This document shows, one piece after another, positions 34,710 through 45,447 of a stretch of DNA of 64,000 bases; positions within the stretch are counted from its first letter, which is position 1, and each line of letters begins with the position of its first letter. The stretch is from the NCBI RefSeq assembly GCF_030384885.1, contig NZ_CP128613.1. One strand, 5' to 3'. Position numbers and translations under genes: made by a program. The DNA is from Escherichia coli. GTDB taxonomy: Bacteria; Pseudomonadota; Gammaproteobacteria; Enterobacterales; Enterobacteriaceae. Below the pieces are notes generated by a model, which saw nothing but the letters and a program-made list of their open reading frames with translations, had not been told where the DNA came from and made no database searches.

Positions 34710-36389
34710 TTATTGCGGGTAAGGCACCCAGTCGCCGCCGTTCAGGCGAACGTACGGTTTATCCTGGTATTGAATAACTACTGCATTTGAGTTCTCGGAG
34801 ACCGGTGCTGTTTGTGGCAACCCACTGGTGAGTTTTTTCCAGTCAACATTGTCTTCGGTGAAAATCTTACCATCAAGAACGCGAACCACCAGATCGGAGA
34901 TAGCCAGGAAGCTGCTCGGTTGGTTGATGACAATCGGTGCCCCCTGATGTGGTGCCTTCATGCCGAAGAATTTCACCCCAACGGGGACGTCTGTGATAGA
35001 CGGGCTAGGGATATCACGTAGGCCAGATACCTGCATTCTGTCGCCCTTCAGCGCGCCACCGTGTTCCGGCACCACTACCACCATCACTTTACGACCCGAT
35101 TTCTCCAGTTCAGTAAAGAAGGCGTCCAGCTCATCAAAGAATTTCTGCGCTCGCGCTTTGTAATCCGCTGTTTTGCTGACGCCCGGATAATGGTTGCCGT
35201 CATGCAGTGGAAGCGTGTTGTAGAACGTGGCACTACGGCTGTTTTTATCTTTTTCGGTAACGTCCAGCCAGCGGTTAAGCACGGCGGTATCGTCATAAAC
35301 CGGCGAACCATCAAAGCCCAACAAAATAACCGGCAGATTTGTTTGATCCATCAATTCGGTCTGCATGCCGCCATTTTCGCGAACTTCTTTCAAAAAACCG
35401 CCGAACTGGCCGTTATGTCCCATCATCAGGTGCTGGGTAAAGCCCAGTTTCGACAGGTTATCAAACAGATAGCAGTCGTTATTTGCCGGTTGATACAGAT
35501 TAGTGTGCGAAGTCTGCCCGCAGCTGGCGCGCAGTAAACGGATCGCTGCCGGGCCACTGTAGGAGGTGGCGGAGTTAAAGTTCTTGAACTCAATATCGAA
35601 ATGCGACCACAGCGGATGCGACATCAACCCGGCGGCTTCAATATCCGACCAGGAAAGCGAACAGATATTAATCACCAGTAGTTCAAATGGCTGAGCATCA
35701 GCGGGCAGCGAAGACGGGAAGGTCGATTTACGTTTCGCCTCCGCGTTATAGAAATTATTCAGCCAGGCGTTAAGGTTCGCCGTTGTTGGCGGTGCAGTTT
35801 GTGCGGGCATATCACCCACTACCGGTGCGCCACCCGTCGCCGCAACGGTTGCCGCTGCGTTACCACCCGTCGTTGTTACAGTGGTCGTCGGTTGACCGGC
35901 AGGCCACAAGGAGAAACTTGGTCCCGCCAGGGTAAGTACGTTCAGCCATAGCAGAATGGCAACCACAAAAACGGTAATGCGAATCCATTGTGATAGGAAT
36001 AACCAGGCCACTAATAAAACAAAAATGGCCCCAATCATCTGCCAGTTAATAAAGCGTGTGACAAGGTCGATTAAATAATCGGTACTGAACCCCGCCACCT
36101 GCGAACCCTGGCTCATTATGCTTTCCGGGCCAGGCAACCAGGTGTCATGCCAGAACAAAGCAAAGCCGATCGGCAGGGCAATCCAGTGGCGTAAGCGATG
36201 CAGGCTGTAGCGCGGAATGGGCATCAGCAGAAACGCGGCAAACACCAGATTGAGGAGCGGATGGAAGTTAAGATATCCCGCCCACAACAGGCCGAACTTA
36301 ACCAGAAAATAGAAGTTCCAGCCGGAAAGGCCGCGCCAGTATTGCCAGAGGGAAGAAGGCATGGCGGTATTTTGCGTAAATTGAGTCAT
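34710..36389 (-). CDS. bcsG: Cellulose biosynthesis protein BcsG (phosphoethanolamine transferase for pEtN-cellulose)
   Basis: 559 aa; N-terminal membrane helices plus periplasmic alkaline-phosphatase-like domain; last gene of bcsEFG. Confidence 0.95.
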
Positions 36390-36577
36390 TTTTTGGTTGC
36401 CCTGGCTTTTTCCGTGCGGCGTAACGTCCCGGCCGGTTTAACATAACGAGGTTTAGCAAAGAACAAACGTAAGGTGTCGCGAATGCGTCGCAAAGAGTGC
36501 CGCGCCAGATAGCCCAGCGGGAAAAATATCAGTGCGCAAACGACAATAATTTCAATGATATCGCTGATGGTCATCAT
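36386..36577 (-). CDS. bcsF: Cellulose biosynthesis protein BcsF (small membrane protein)
   Basis: 63 aa single-helix ORF; overlaps bcsE stop and bcsG start. Confidence 0.85.
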
Positions 36578-38145
36578 GATGAGCGCTCCACAGTATCATC
36601 TAACAGTCGCATTGGTTCTGGTATTCTTCGCCAGTGGCGACCATCGTGCTCGGCATTGATGACCGGTTTAGAACTTTGCGTTAAAGGCAGCGGCATGCCC
36701 CATTGTTCTGGAGCAAGCAGGCGCATCTGCACCAGCTCGGCACTGATTTGATCATCTTCAAACCAGACCATACGGTTTGAGAAAATGTCGCCAGTCGGCA
36801 ATGGGAAAATATGATTCAACGCGGTATCCAGATCGTTAATCCGACAGAATGAGAGAAACAGCACCAGCCGATTACCGCCAATGGTCATGATATCGCCGGT
36901 ACGGTTAGGGCGACACAGCGTCAGGGCTTGCTCAACGCGGATACCCGGTACCGGACGTAGGGCAACCAGAACGCCTTTACCATGTGCAGGCAAGAGAGGG
37001 TTATTCATCATGTTGTTAACGGCATTACAGAACACATCCCACTTCTGGAAACCACGTAGTTTGAGCGGCTGGGTCATTGACAGCAAGGTAGTGATATCTT
37101 CCGGCACATAGCGACTAAACTTCTGCCCTTGCACGCTTTCGATCATCGTCAGACAGCGGGAGAGTGGCGCATTCCACGGGATAACCATATTTGCACCGCA
37201 GGCCAATAACAAACGTTCATCGGTGGCGCGCAAGCTTGCGGTATTTTCCCGTACGAGGATTTTCATCGCACTACCGCGCTGGCGACGCAGAGTATGAATG
37301 CTGCGGGCCAGTGGCTCGATTTGCGCATTTTGCTGTAAAGAAAAGACCACCGTTGCCGCCTGAGCGGTACGGGCTTCATTGAACAGAATTTCGTTATTGT
37401 TGAACAGTTGCCAGTGTTCCGATAGCGGCGGCGCACCTTCCAGTACAGCAACATTACTCAGAATGCGTTTTTCGTCGCTGCGTGGTTGGATCTCCGCCTC
37501 TTCGCTTTGAACTAATGTCCAGATACCTTTTTGTTGCTGAACGCTAAGCTGCTGACGGGCGCTGACCCCTTTTTCGTTGCACCAGAAGGCAATATCCAGC
37601 AAATGTTGGTCGCCCTGAAAACGCAAACTGGCAAGACCAAAAAGTGAACGGTATTCCTCAAGCAACAATGAAAATTGTTTATCGTTATTATTTCCGGGAT
37701 TAATTACCAAAAGCGAACAATGGTTTAACCTGCTCCATTTATTCATTTTATCCAACCATGAGCGAAGCCGCTCGGCAGGAATGTTTTGCCATGCGTTATT
37801 TGCGCAAACAAGAATAAAAAGGTAATTATTGGGAACAATAGAACACTGCAAATCACGGGCCAAATAGTATAGACCTTTTTCATGATTTAGCATTGAAAAT
37901 AATTTTATTTTTTCCGGCCCTTGAGAATCATCTAATTGAAAGATTTTCGCCGGATCGCTGTCCATGCTAATGACCGCGACGTGTGCGGTTTCAGCCTGGG
38001 ATGCAATTGTTTGATTCGCCAGACTGATAGCATCTTCATGGCGATCGACGTTAAACCACCAGACGCCGCCTGCTGGCATATGTCGCAGCTCATCCCATAA
38101 TGATGAGATACCGATAGAGAATACAGGGTCCACAATGTCCCTCAT
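36574..38145 (-). CDS. bcsE: Cellulose biosynthesis protein BcsE (c-di-GMP binding, GIL domain)
   Basis: 523 aa; divergent from bcsR. Confidence 0.95.
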
Positions 38146-38416
38146 GTCACCATTTTGTCTGATTATCAGTTTACTAGCGAAAGCTAAGAAATAAACCTAC
38201 CATTGAAATTAAAACTTATCAGATTTAGCATGTGAATCAATTTAGCAGGTCACAAGACGTGTGATTTTAGTCTTTTCGTTTTTAACTTTTTTTGTTGCGT
38301 AACGGAAAGTCAAAAAGTGAGCAAATTCCCGTCTCGCCGTAAACAATAAACCGGCGAAATGCTCACGGTTAGAATTGTCTCATGAACGGTGCGGTTATTT
38401 CATAGGGATCAAGCAA

Positions 38417-38605
38417 ATGAATAACAATGAACCAGATACTCTGCCTGATCCCGCGATAGGCTATATCTTCCAGAATGATATTTTGGCGTTAAAGCAGGCG
38501 TTTTCACTGCCTGATATTGATTATGCCGATATTTCCCAACGCGAACAGTTGGCCGCGGCATTAAAACGCTGGCCGTTGCTGGCAGAGTTTGCGCAACAAA
38601 AGTAG
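38417..38605 (+). CDS. bcsR: Cellulose biosynthesis regulator BcsR
   Basis: ORF 38375..38605; start at MNNNEPDTLPD gives 62 aa. Confidence 0.85.
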   Translation: MNNNEPDTLPDPAIGYIFQNDILALKQAFSLPDIDYADISQREQLAAALKRWPLLAEFAQQK

Positions 38606-38616
38606 GGGATTGGTGA

Positions 38617-39369
38617 ATGGCCGTACTGGGATTGCAGGGGGTGCGGGGAGGCGTGGGAACAACAACCATCACTGCCGCATTAGCCTGGTCATTACAAATG
38701 TTGGGAGAAGATGTCCTGGTGGTCGATGCCTGCCCGGACAACTTGTTGCGCCTGTCATTTAACGTTGATTTTACCCACCGTCAGGGCTGGGCCAGAGCCA
38801 TGCTGGACGGTCAGGACTGGCGTGACGCCGGGTTGCGCTATACCTCGCAACTCGATTTGCTGCCTTTTGGTCAGTTATCCATTGAAGAACAAGAAAATCC
38901 ACAGCACTGGCAAACCCGGCTGAGCGATATTTGCTCCGGCTTACAGCAACTAAAAGCCAGCGGGCGTTACCAGTGGATTTTAATCGACTTACCGCGTGAT
39001 GCCTCGCAGATAACCCACCAGCTGCTGAGTTTGTGCGATCACTCGCTGGCAATCGTCAATGTGGATGCCAACTGCCATATCCGGCTGCATCAGCAGGCGC
39101 TGCCGGATGGCGCGCATATTTTGATTAATGACTTCCGCATTGGCAGTCAGGTTCAGGACGATATTTACCAGCTTTGGTTGCAAAGCCAGCGCCGATTACT
39201 GCCAATGCTCATTCATCGTGATGAAGCGATGGCTCAATGCCTGGCGGCTAAGCAACCAGTCGGTGAATACCGCAGTGATGCGCTGGCGGCTGAAGAGATA
39301 CTGACGCTGGCTAACTGGTGCCTGTTGAACTATTCCGGGCTGAAAACGCCAGTCGGGAGTGCATCATGA
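38617..39369 (+). CDS. bcsQ: Cellulose biosynthesis protein BcsQ (ParA/MinD-like ATPase), intact reading frame
   Basis: 250 aa uninterrupted ORF MAVLGLQGVRGGVGTTTITAALAW; codon 6 is TTG (Leu). Confidence 0.9.
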   Translation: MAVLGLQGVRGGVGTTTITAALAWSLQMLGEDVLVVDACPDNLLRLSFNVDFTHRQGWARAMLDGQDWRDAGLRYTSQLDLLPFGQLSIEEQENPQHWQTRLSDICSGLQQLKASGRYQWILIDLPRDASQITHQLLSLCDHSLAIVNVDANCHIRLHQQALPDGAHILINDFRIGSQVQDDIYQLWLQSQRRLLPMLIHRDEAMAQCLAAKQPVGEYRSDALAAEEILTLANWCLLNYSGLKTPVGSAS

Positions 39370-41984
39370 GTATCCTGACCCGGTGGTTGCTTATCCCGCC
39401 GGTCAACGCGCGGCTTATCGGGCGTTATCGCGATTATCGTCGTCACGGCGCGTCGGCTTTCAGCGCGACGCTCGGCTGTTTTTGGTTGATCCTGGCCTGG
39501 ATTTTTATTCCGCTGGAGCACCCGCGCTGGCAGCGTATTCGCGCAGAACATAAAAACCTGTATCCGCATATCAACGCCTCGCGTCCGCGTCCGCTGGACC
39601 CGGTCCGTTATCTCATTCAAACATGCTGGTTACTGATCGGTACATCGCGCAAAGAAACGCCGAAACCGCGCAGGCGGACATTTTCAGGTCTGCAGAATAT
39701 TCGTGGACGTTACCATCAATGGATGAACGAGCTGCCTGAGCGCGTTAGCCATAAAACACAGCATCTCGATGAGAAAAAAGAACTCGGCCATTTGAGCGCC
39801 GGGGCGCGGCGGTTGATCCTCGGTATCATCGTCACCTTCTCGCTGATTCTGGCGTTAATCTGCGTTACCCAGCCGTTTAACCCGCTGGCGCAGTTTATCT
39901 TCCTGATGCTGCTGTGGGGTGTAGCGCTGATCGTACGGCGGATGCCGGGGCGCTTCTCGGCGCTAATGTTGATTGTGCTGTCGCTGACCGTTTCTTGCCG
40001 TTATATCTGGTGGCGCTACACCTCTACGCTGAACTGGGACGATCCGGTCAGTCTGGTGTGCGGGCTTATACTGCTGTTCGCTGAAACGTACGCGTGGATT
40101 GTGCTGGTGCTCGGCTACTTCCAGGTGGTATGGCCGCTGAATCGTCAGCCAGTACCGTTGCCGAAAGATATGTCGCTGTGGCCGTCGGTAGATATCTTTG
40201 TCCCGACTTACAACGAAGATCTCAACGTGGTGAAAAATACGATTTACGCCTCGCTGGGTATCGACTGGCCGAAAGACAAGCTGAACATCTGGATCCTCGA
40301 TGACGGCGGCAGGGAAGAGTTTCGCCAGTTTGCACAAAACGTGGGGGTGAAATATATCGCCCGTACCACTCATGAACATGCGAAAGCAGGCAACATCAAC
40401 AATGCGCTGAAATATGCCAAAGGCGAGTTCGTGTCGATTTTCGACTGCGACCACGTGCCGACGCGCTCATTCCTGCAAATGACCATGGGCTGGTTCCTGA
40501 AAGAAAAACAGTTGGCGATGATGCAGACGCCGCACCACTTCTTCTCACCGGATCCGTTTGAACGTAACTTGGGGCGTTTTCGTAAAACGCCAAACGAAGG
40601 CACGCTGTTTTATGGTCTGGTGCAGGACGGCAATGATATGTGGGATGCCACTTTCTTCTGCGGTTCCTGTGCGGTGATTCGTCGTAAGCCGCTGGATGAG
40701 ATTGGCGGCATTGCTGTCGAAACGGTAACCGAAGATGCGCATACTTCTCTGCGTTTGCACCGTCGTGGCTACACCTCTGCATATATGCGTATTCCGCAGG
40801 CGGCGGGGCTGGCGACCGAAAGTCTGTCGGCGCATATCGGTCAGCGTATTCGCTGGGCGCGCGGGATGGTGCAAATCTTCCGTCTCGATAACCCGCTCAC
40901 CGGTAAAGGGCTGAAGTTTGCTCAGCGGCTGTGCTACGTCAACGCCATGTTCCATTTCTTGTCGGGCATTCCACGACTGATCTTTCTGACTGCGCCGCTG
41001 GCGTTCCTGCTGCTGCATGCCTACATCATCTACGCGCCTGCGTTAATGATCGCTCTGTTTGTGCTGCCGCATATGATTCACGCCAGCCTGACCAACTCGA
41101 AGATTCAGGGTAAATATCGCCACTCTTTCTGGAGCGAAATCTACGAAACGGTACTGGCGTGGTATATCGCACCACCGACGCTGGTGGCGCTGATTAACCC
41201 GCACAAAGGCAAATTTAACGTCACCGCCAAAGGTGGACTGGTGGAAGAAGAGTACGTCGACTGGGTGATCTCACGGCCCTACATTTTCCTGGTATTGCTC
41301 AACCTGGTCGGTATTGCGGTCGGTATCTGGCGTTACTTCTACGGCCCGCCAACCGAGATGCTCACTGTCATCGTCAGTATGGTGTGGGTGTTCTACAACC
41401 TGATTATTCTCGGTGGTGCGGTAGCGGTATCGGTAGAAAGCAAACAGGTTCGCCGATCGCACCGCGTGGAGATGACGATGCCCGCGGCAATTGCCCGCGA
41501 AGATGGTCACCTCTTCTCGTGTACCGTTCAGGATTTCTCCGACGGTGGTTTGGGGATCAAGATCAACGGTCAGGCACAGATTCTGGAAGGGCAGAAAGTG
41601 AATCTGTTGCTTAAACGCGGTCAGCAAGAATACGTCTTCCCGGCCCAGGTGGCGCGCGTGATGGGTAATGAAGTTGGGCTGAAATTAATGCCGCTCACCA
41701 CCCAGCAACATATCGATTTTGTGCAGTGTACGTTTGCCCGTGCGGATACATGGGCGCTCTGGCAGGACAGCTATCCGGAAGATAAGCCGCTGGAAAGTCT
41801 GCTGGATATTCTGAAGCTCGGCTTCCGTGGCTACCGCCATCTGGCGGAGTTTGCGCCTTCTTCGGTGAAGGGCATATTCCGTGTGCTGACTTCTCTGGTT
41901 TCCTGGGTTGTATCGTTTATTCCGCGCCGCCCGGCGCGGAGCGAAACGGCACAACCATCGGATCAGGCTTTGGCTCAACAATGA
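39366..41984 (+). CDS. bcsA: Cellulose synthase catalytic subunit (GT2, PilZ domain)
   Basis: ORF 39318..41984; start at MSILTRWLLIPPVNARL gives 872 aa; overlaps bcsQ stop (ATGA). Confidence 0.95.
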   Translation: MSILTRWLLIPPVNARLIGRYRDYRRHGASAFSATLGCFWLILAWIFIPLEHPRWQRIRAEHKNLYPHINASRPRPLDPVRYLIQTCWLLIGTSRKETPKPRRRTFSGLQNIRGRYHQWMNELPERVSHKTQHLDEKKELGHLSAGARRLILGIIVTFSLILALICVTQPFNPLAQFIFLMLLWGVALIVRRMPGRFSALMLIVLSLTVSCRYIWWRYTSTLNWDDPVSLVCGLILLFAETYAWIVLVLGYFQVVWPLNRQPVPLPKDMSLWPSVDIFVPTYNEDLNVVKNTIYASLGIDWPKDKLNIWILDDGGREEFRQFAQNVGVKYIARTTHEHAKAGNINNALKYAKGEFVSIFDCDHVPTRSFLQMTMGWFLKEKQLAMMQTPHHFFSPDPFERNLGRFRKTPNEGTLFYGLVQDGNDMWDATFFCGSCAVIRRKPLDEIGGIAVETVTEDAHTSLRLHRRGYTSAYMRIPQAAGLATESLSAHIGQRIRWARGMVQIFRLDNPLTGKGLKFAQRLCYVNAMFHFLSGIPRLIFLTAPLAFLLLHAYIIYAPALMIALFVLPHMIHASLTNSKIQGKYRHSFWSEIYETVLAWYIAPPTLVALINPHKGKFNVTAKGGLVEEEYVDWVISRPYIFLVLLNLVGIAVGIWRYFYGPPTEMLTVIVSMVWVFYNLIILGGAVAVSVESKQVRRSHRVEMTMPAAIAREDGHLFSCTVQDFSDGGLGIKINGQAQILEGQKVNLLLKRGQQEYVFPAQVARVMGNEVGLKLMPLTTQQHIDFVQCTFARADTWALWQDSYPEDKPLESLLDILKLGFRGYRHLAEFAPSSVKGIFRVLTSLVSWVVSFIPRRPARSETAQPSDQALAQQ

Positions 41985-41994
41985 TGATAACGCG

Positions 41995-44334
41995 ATGAAA
42001 AGAAAACTATTCTGGATTTGTGCAGTGGCTATGGGGATGAGTGCGTTCCCCTCTTTCATGACGCAGGCGACGCCAGCAACGCAACCACTGATCAATGCTG
42101 AGCCAGCTGTAGCCGCCCAGACGGAACAAAATCCGCAGGTGGGGCAAGTGATGCCGGGCGTGCAGGGCGCTAATGCCCCCATCGTGGCGCAGAACGGTCC
42201 TTCGCGTGATGTGAAGCTGACCTTTGCGCAAATTGCGCCACCGCCGGGCAGCATGGTGCTACGTGGCATTAACCCGAACGGCAGCATTGAGTTTGGTATG
42301 CGCAGCGATGAAGTGGTGACGAAGGCGATGCTCAACCTCGAATACACGCCATCGCCATCGTTACTGCCTGTCCAGTCGCAGTTAAAGGTTTATCTCAATG
42401 ATGAACTGATGGGCGTGCTGCCAGTGACCAAAGAACAGTTGGGTAAAAAAACGCTGGCACAAATGCCAATTAACCCACTGTTTATTACCGACTTCAACCG
42501 TGTGCGGCTGGAGTTTGTCGGTCATTATCAGGACGTGTGCGAAAACCCGGCCAGCACCACGCTTTGGCTGGATGTTGGGCGGAGCAGTGGACTGGATCTG
42601 ACCTATCAGACCCTGAATGTGAAGAATGATCTGTCACACTTCCCGGTACCATTCTTTGACCCGCGTGATAACCGCACCAACACCTTGCCGATGGTCTTTG
42701 CGGGTGCGCCGGATGTTGGGCTGCAACAAGCATCTGCCATTGTCGCCTCGTGGTTTGGTTCGCGTTCTGGCTGGCGTGGGCAGAACTTCCCGGTGCTCTA
42801 TAACCAACTGCCGGATCGCAATGCCATCGTTTTTGCCACTAATGACAAACGCCCGGACTTCCTGCGCGATCATCCGGCGGTAAAAGCCCCGGTGATTGAG
42901 ATGATCAACCATCCACAGAATCCTTACGTCAAACTGCTGGTGGTCTTTGGTCGTGACGACAAAGACCTGTTGCAGGCAGCAAAAGGTATCGCTCAGGGTA
43001 ACATTCTGTTCCGTGGTGAAAGCGTGGTAGTGAATGAAGTAAAACCGCTGCTACCGCGTAAGCCGTACGATGCGCCGAACTGGGTGCGTACCGATCGCCC
43101 GGTCACCTTTGGTGAACTAAAAACCTATGAAGAACAGTTACAATCCAGCGGTCTTGAGCCAGCAGCGATTAACGTTTCGCTAAACCTGCCGCCGGATCTC
43201 TACCTGATGCGCAGTACCGGCATTGATATGGATATCAACTATCGCTACACCATGCCGCCGGTGAAAGACAGTTCGCGGATGGATATCAGCCTGAATAACC
43301 AGTTCCTGCAATCCTTCAACCTGAGCAGTAAACAGGAGGCGAACCGCCTGCTGCTGCGTATTCCGGTATTACAAGGTTTGCTGGATGGCAAAACGGATGT
43401 CTCTATTCCGGCGCTGAAACTGGGCGCGACCAACCAGTTGCGGTTCGACTTTGAGTATATGAACCCGATGCCGGGCGGTTCGGTGGATAACTGTATTACC
43501 TTCCAGCCGGTGCAGAATCATGTGGTGATTGGTGACGACTCCACCATCGACTTCTCGAAGTATTACCACTTCATCCCGATGCCGGATCTACGCGCCTTTG
43601 CTAACGCGGGCTTCCCGTTCAGCCGGATGGCGGATCTGTCACAAACCATCACCGTGATGCCGAAAGCGCCTAACGAAGCACAGATGGAAACCTTGCTGAA
43701 TACCGTTGGCTTTATCGGTGCGCAGACGGGCTTCCCGGCGATTAACCTGACGGTGACCGATGATGGCAGCACCATTCAGGGCAAAGATGCCGACATCATG
43801 ATCATCGGTGGTATCCCGGACAAACTGAAAGACGACAAGCAGATCGACCTGTTGGTGCAGGCGACCGAAAGCTGGGTGAAAACGCCGATGCGCCAGACCC
43901 CGTTCCCCGGCATTGTGCCGGACGAGAGCGATCGCGCGGCAGAAACTCAATCAACGCTGACCTCTTCCGGTGCGATGGCAGCGGTGATTGGCTTCCAGTC
44001 GCCGTATAACGACCAGCGTAGCGTGATTGCGCTGCTGGCAGATAGCCCACGCGGTTATGAAATGCTTAACGATGCGGTGAACGATAGCGGCAAACGCGCC
44101 ACCATGTTCGGCTCGGTCGCGGTGATCCGCGAGTCCGGTATCAATAGCCTGCGTGTTGGCGACGTCTATTACGTTGGCCATCTGCCGTGGTTCGAACGCT
44201 TATGGTATGCGCTGGCAAACCATCCGATTCTGCTGGCAGTGCTGGCGGCAATCAGCGTCGTGCTGCTGGCCTGGGTACTGTGGCGTTTGCTGCGTATTAT
44301 CAGCCGTCGTCGTCTTAACCCGGATAACGAGTAA
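41995..44334 (+). CDS. bcsB: Cellulose synthase periplasmic subunit BcsB
   Basis: ORF 41908..44334; start at MKRKLFWICAVAMGMSA (signal peptide) gives 779 aa. Confidence 0.95.
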   Translation: MKRKLFWICAVAMGMSAFPSFMTQATPATQPLINAEPAVAAQTEQNPQVGQVMPGVQGANAPIVAQNGPSRDVKLTFAQIAPPPGSMVLRGINPNGSIEFGMRSDEVVTKAMLNLEYTPSPSLLPVQSQLKVYLNDELMGVLPVTKEQLGKKTLAQMPINPLFITDFNRVRLEFVGHYQDVCENPASTTLWLDVGRSSGLDLTYQTLNVKNDLSHFPVPFFDPRDNRTNTLPMVFAGAPDVGLQQASAIVASWFGSRSGWRGQNFPVLYNQLPDRNAIVFATNDKRPDFLRDHPAVKAPVIEMINHPQNPYVKLLVVFGRDDKDLLQAAKGIAQGNILFRGESVVVNEVKPLLPRKPYDAPNWVRTDRPVTFGELKTYEEQLQSSGLEPAAINVSLNLPPDLYLMRSTGIDMDINYRYTMPPVKDSSRMDISLNNQFLQSFNLSSKQEANRLLLRIPVLQGLLDGKTDVSIPALKLGATNQLRFDFEYMNPMPGGSVDNCITFQPVQNHVVIGDDSTIDFSKYYHFIPMPDLRAFANAGFPFSRMADLSQTITVMPKAPNEAQMETLLNTVGFIGAQTGFPAINLTVTDDGSTIQGKDADIMIIGGIPDKLKDDKQIDLLVQATESWVKTPMRQTPFPGIVPDESDRAAETQSTLTSSGAMAAVIGFQSPYNDQRSVIALLADSPRGYEMLNDAVNDSGKRATMFGSVAVIRESGINSLRVGDVYYVGHLPWFERLWYALANHPILLAVLAAISVVLLAWVLWRLLRIISRRRLNPDNE

Positions 44335-44340
44335 TTGAAG

Positions 44341-45447
44341 ATGAATGTGTTGCGTAGTGGACTCGTGACGATGCTGCTGCTGGCTGCCTTTAGTGTTCAG
44401 GCAGCCTGCAACTGGCCTGCCTGGGAGCAGTTCAAAAAGGATTACATCAGTCAGGAAGGGCGCGTCATCGACCCCAGCGACGCGCGCAAAATCACCACCT
44501 CCGAAGGGCAAAGTTACGGCATGTTCTTTGCCCTGGCGGCTAACGACCGTGCAGCTTTCGATAATATTCTCGACTGGACGCAGAACAATCTCGCTCAGGG
44601 TTCTTTAAAAGAACATTTGCCCGCCTGGCTGTGGGGCAAGAAAGAGAACAGTAAGTGGGAAGTGCTGGACAGCAATTCGGCCTCTGATGGTGATGTCTGG
44701 ATGGCCTGGTCACTGCTGGAGGCGGGGCGTTTGTGGAAAGAGCAGCGTTATACCGACATCGGCAGCGCGTTGTTAAAACGTATTGCGCGGGAGGAAGTGG
44801 TGACGGTGCTTGGGCTGGGTTCCATGTTGTTGCCGGGCAAAGTGGGATTTGCTGAGGATAACAGCTGGCGTTTTAACCCCAGCTACCTGCCGCCGACGCT
44901 GGCGCAGTATTTCACCCGCTTTGGCGCGCCGTGGACTACGCTGCGCGAAACCAATCAACGTTTATTGCTGGAAACCGCCCCGAAAGGCTTTTCGCCAGAC
45001 TGGGTGCGCTATGAGAAAGACAAAGGCTGGCAGCTAAAAGCCGAAAAAACATTGATCAGCAGCTACGACGCTATCCGTGTTTACATGTGGGTAGGCATGA
45101 TGCCTGACAGCGATCCGCAAAAAGCGCGGATGCTCAACCGGTTTAAACCGATGGCGACATTCACCGAGAAAAACGGCTATCCGCCGGAAAAAGTCGATGT
45201 GGCTACGGGGAAAGCGCAGGGTAAAGGACCGGTCGGTTTTTCTGCCGCCATGCTGCCCTTTTTACAAAACCGCGATGCACAGGCCGTTCAGCGCCAGCGC
45301 GTGGCCGATAACTTTCCCGGCAGCGATGCCTATTACAACTATGTGCTGACCCTGTTTGGACAAGGCTGGGATCAACACCGTTTCCGCTTCTCGACAAAAG
45401 GTGAGTTATTACCTGACTGGGGCCAGGAATGCGCAAATTCACACTAA
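44341..45447 (+). CDS. bcsZ: Endo-1,4-beta-glucanase (GH8) BcsZ
   Basis: ATG at 44341 ([21 protein letters not shown] signal peptide), 368 aa. Confidence 0.95.
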   Translation: MNVLRSGLVTMLLLAAFSVQAACNWPAWEQFKKDYISQEGRVIDPSDARKITTSEGQSYGMFFALAANDRAAFDNILDWTQNNLAQGSLKEHLPAWLWGKKENSKWEVLDSNSASDGDVWMAWSLLEAGRLWKEQRYTDIGSALLKRIAREEVVTVLGLGSMLLPGKVGFAEDNSWRFNPSYLPPTLAQYFTRFGAPWTTLRETNQRLLLETAPKGFSPDWVRYEKDKGWQLKAEKTLISSYDAIRVYMWVGMMPDSDPQKARMLNRFKPMATFTEKNGYPPEKVDVATGKAQGKGPVGFSAAMLPFLQNRDAQAVQRQRVADNFPGSDAYYNYVLTLFGQGWDQHRFRFSTKGELLPDWGQECANSH

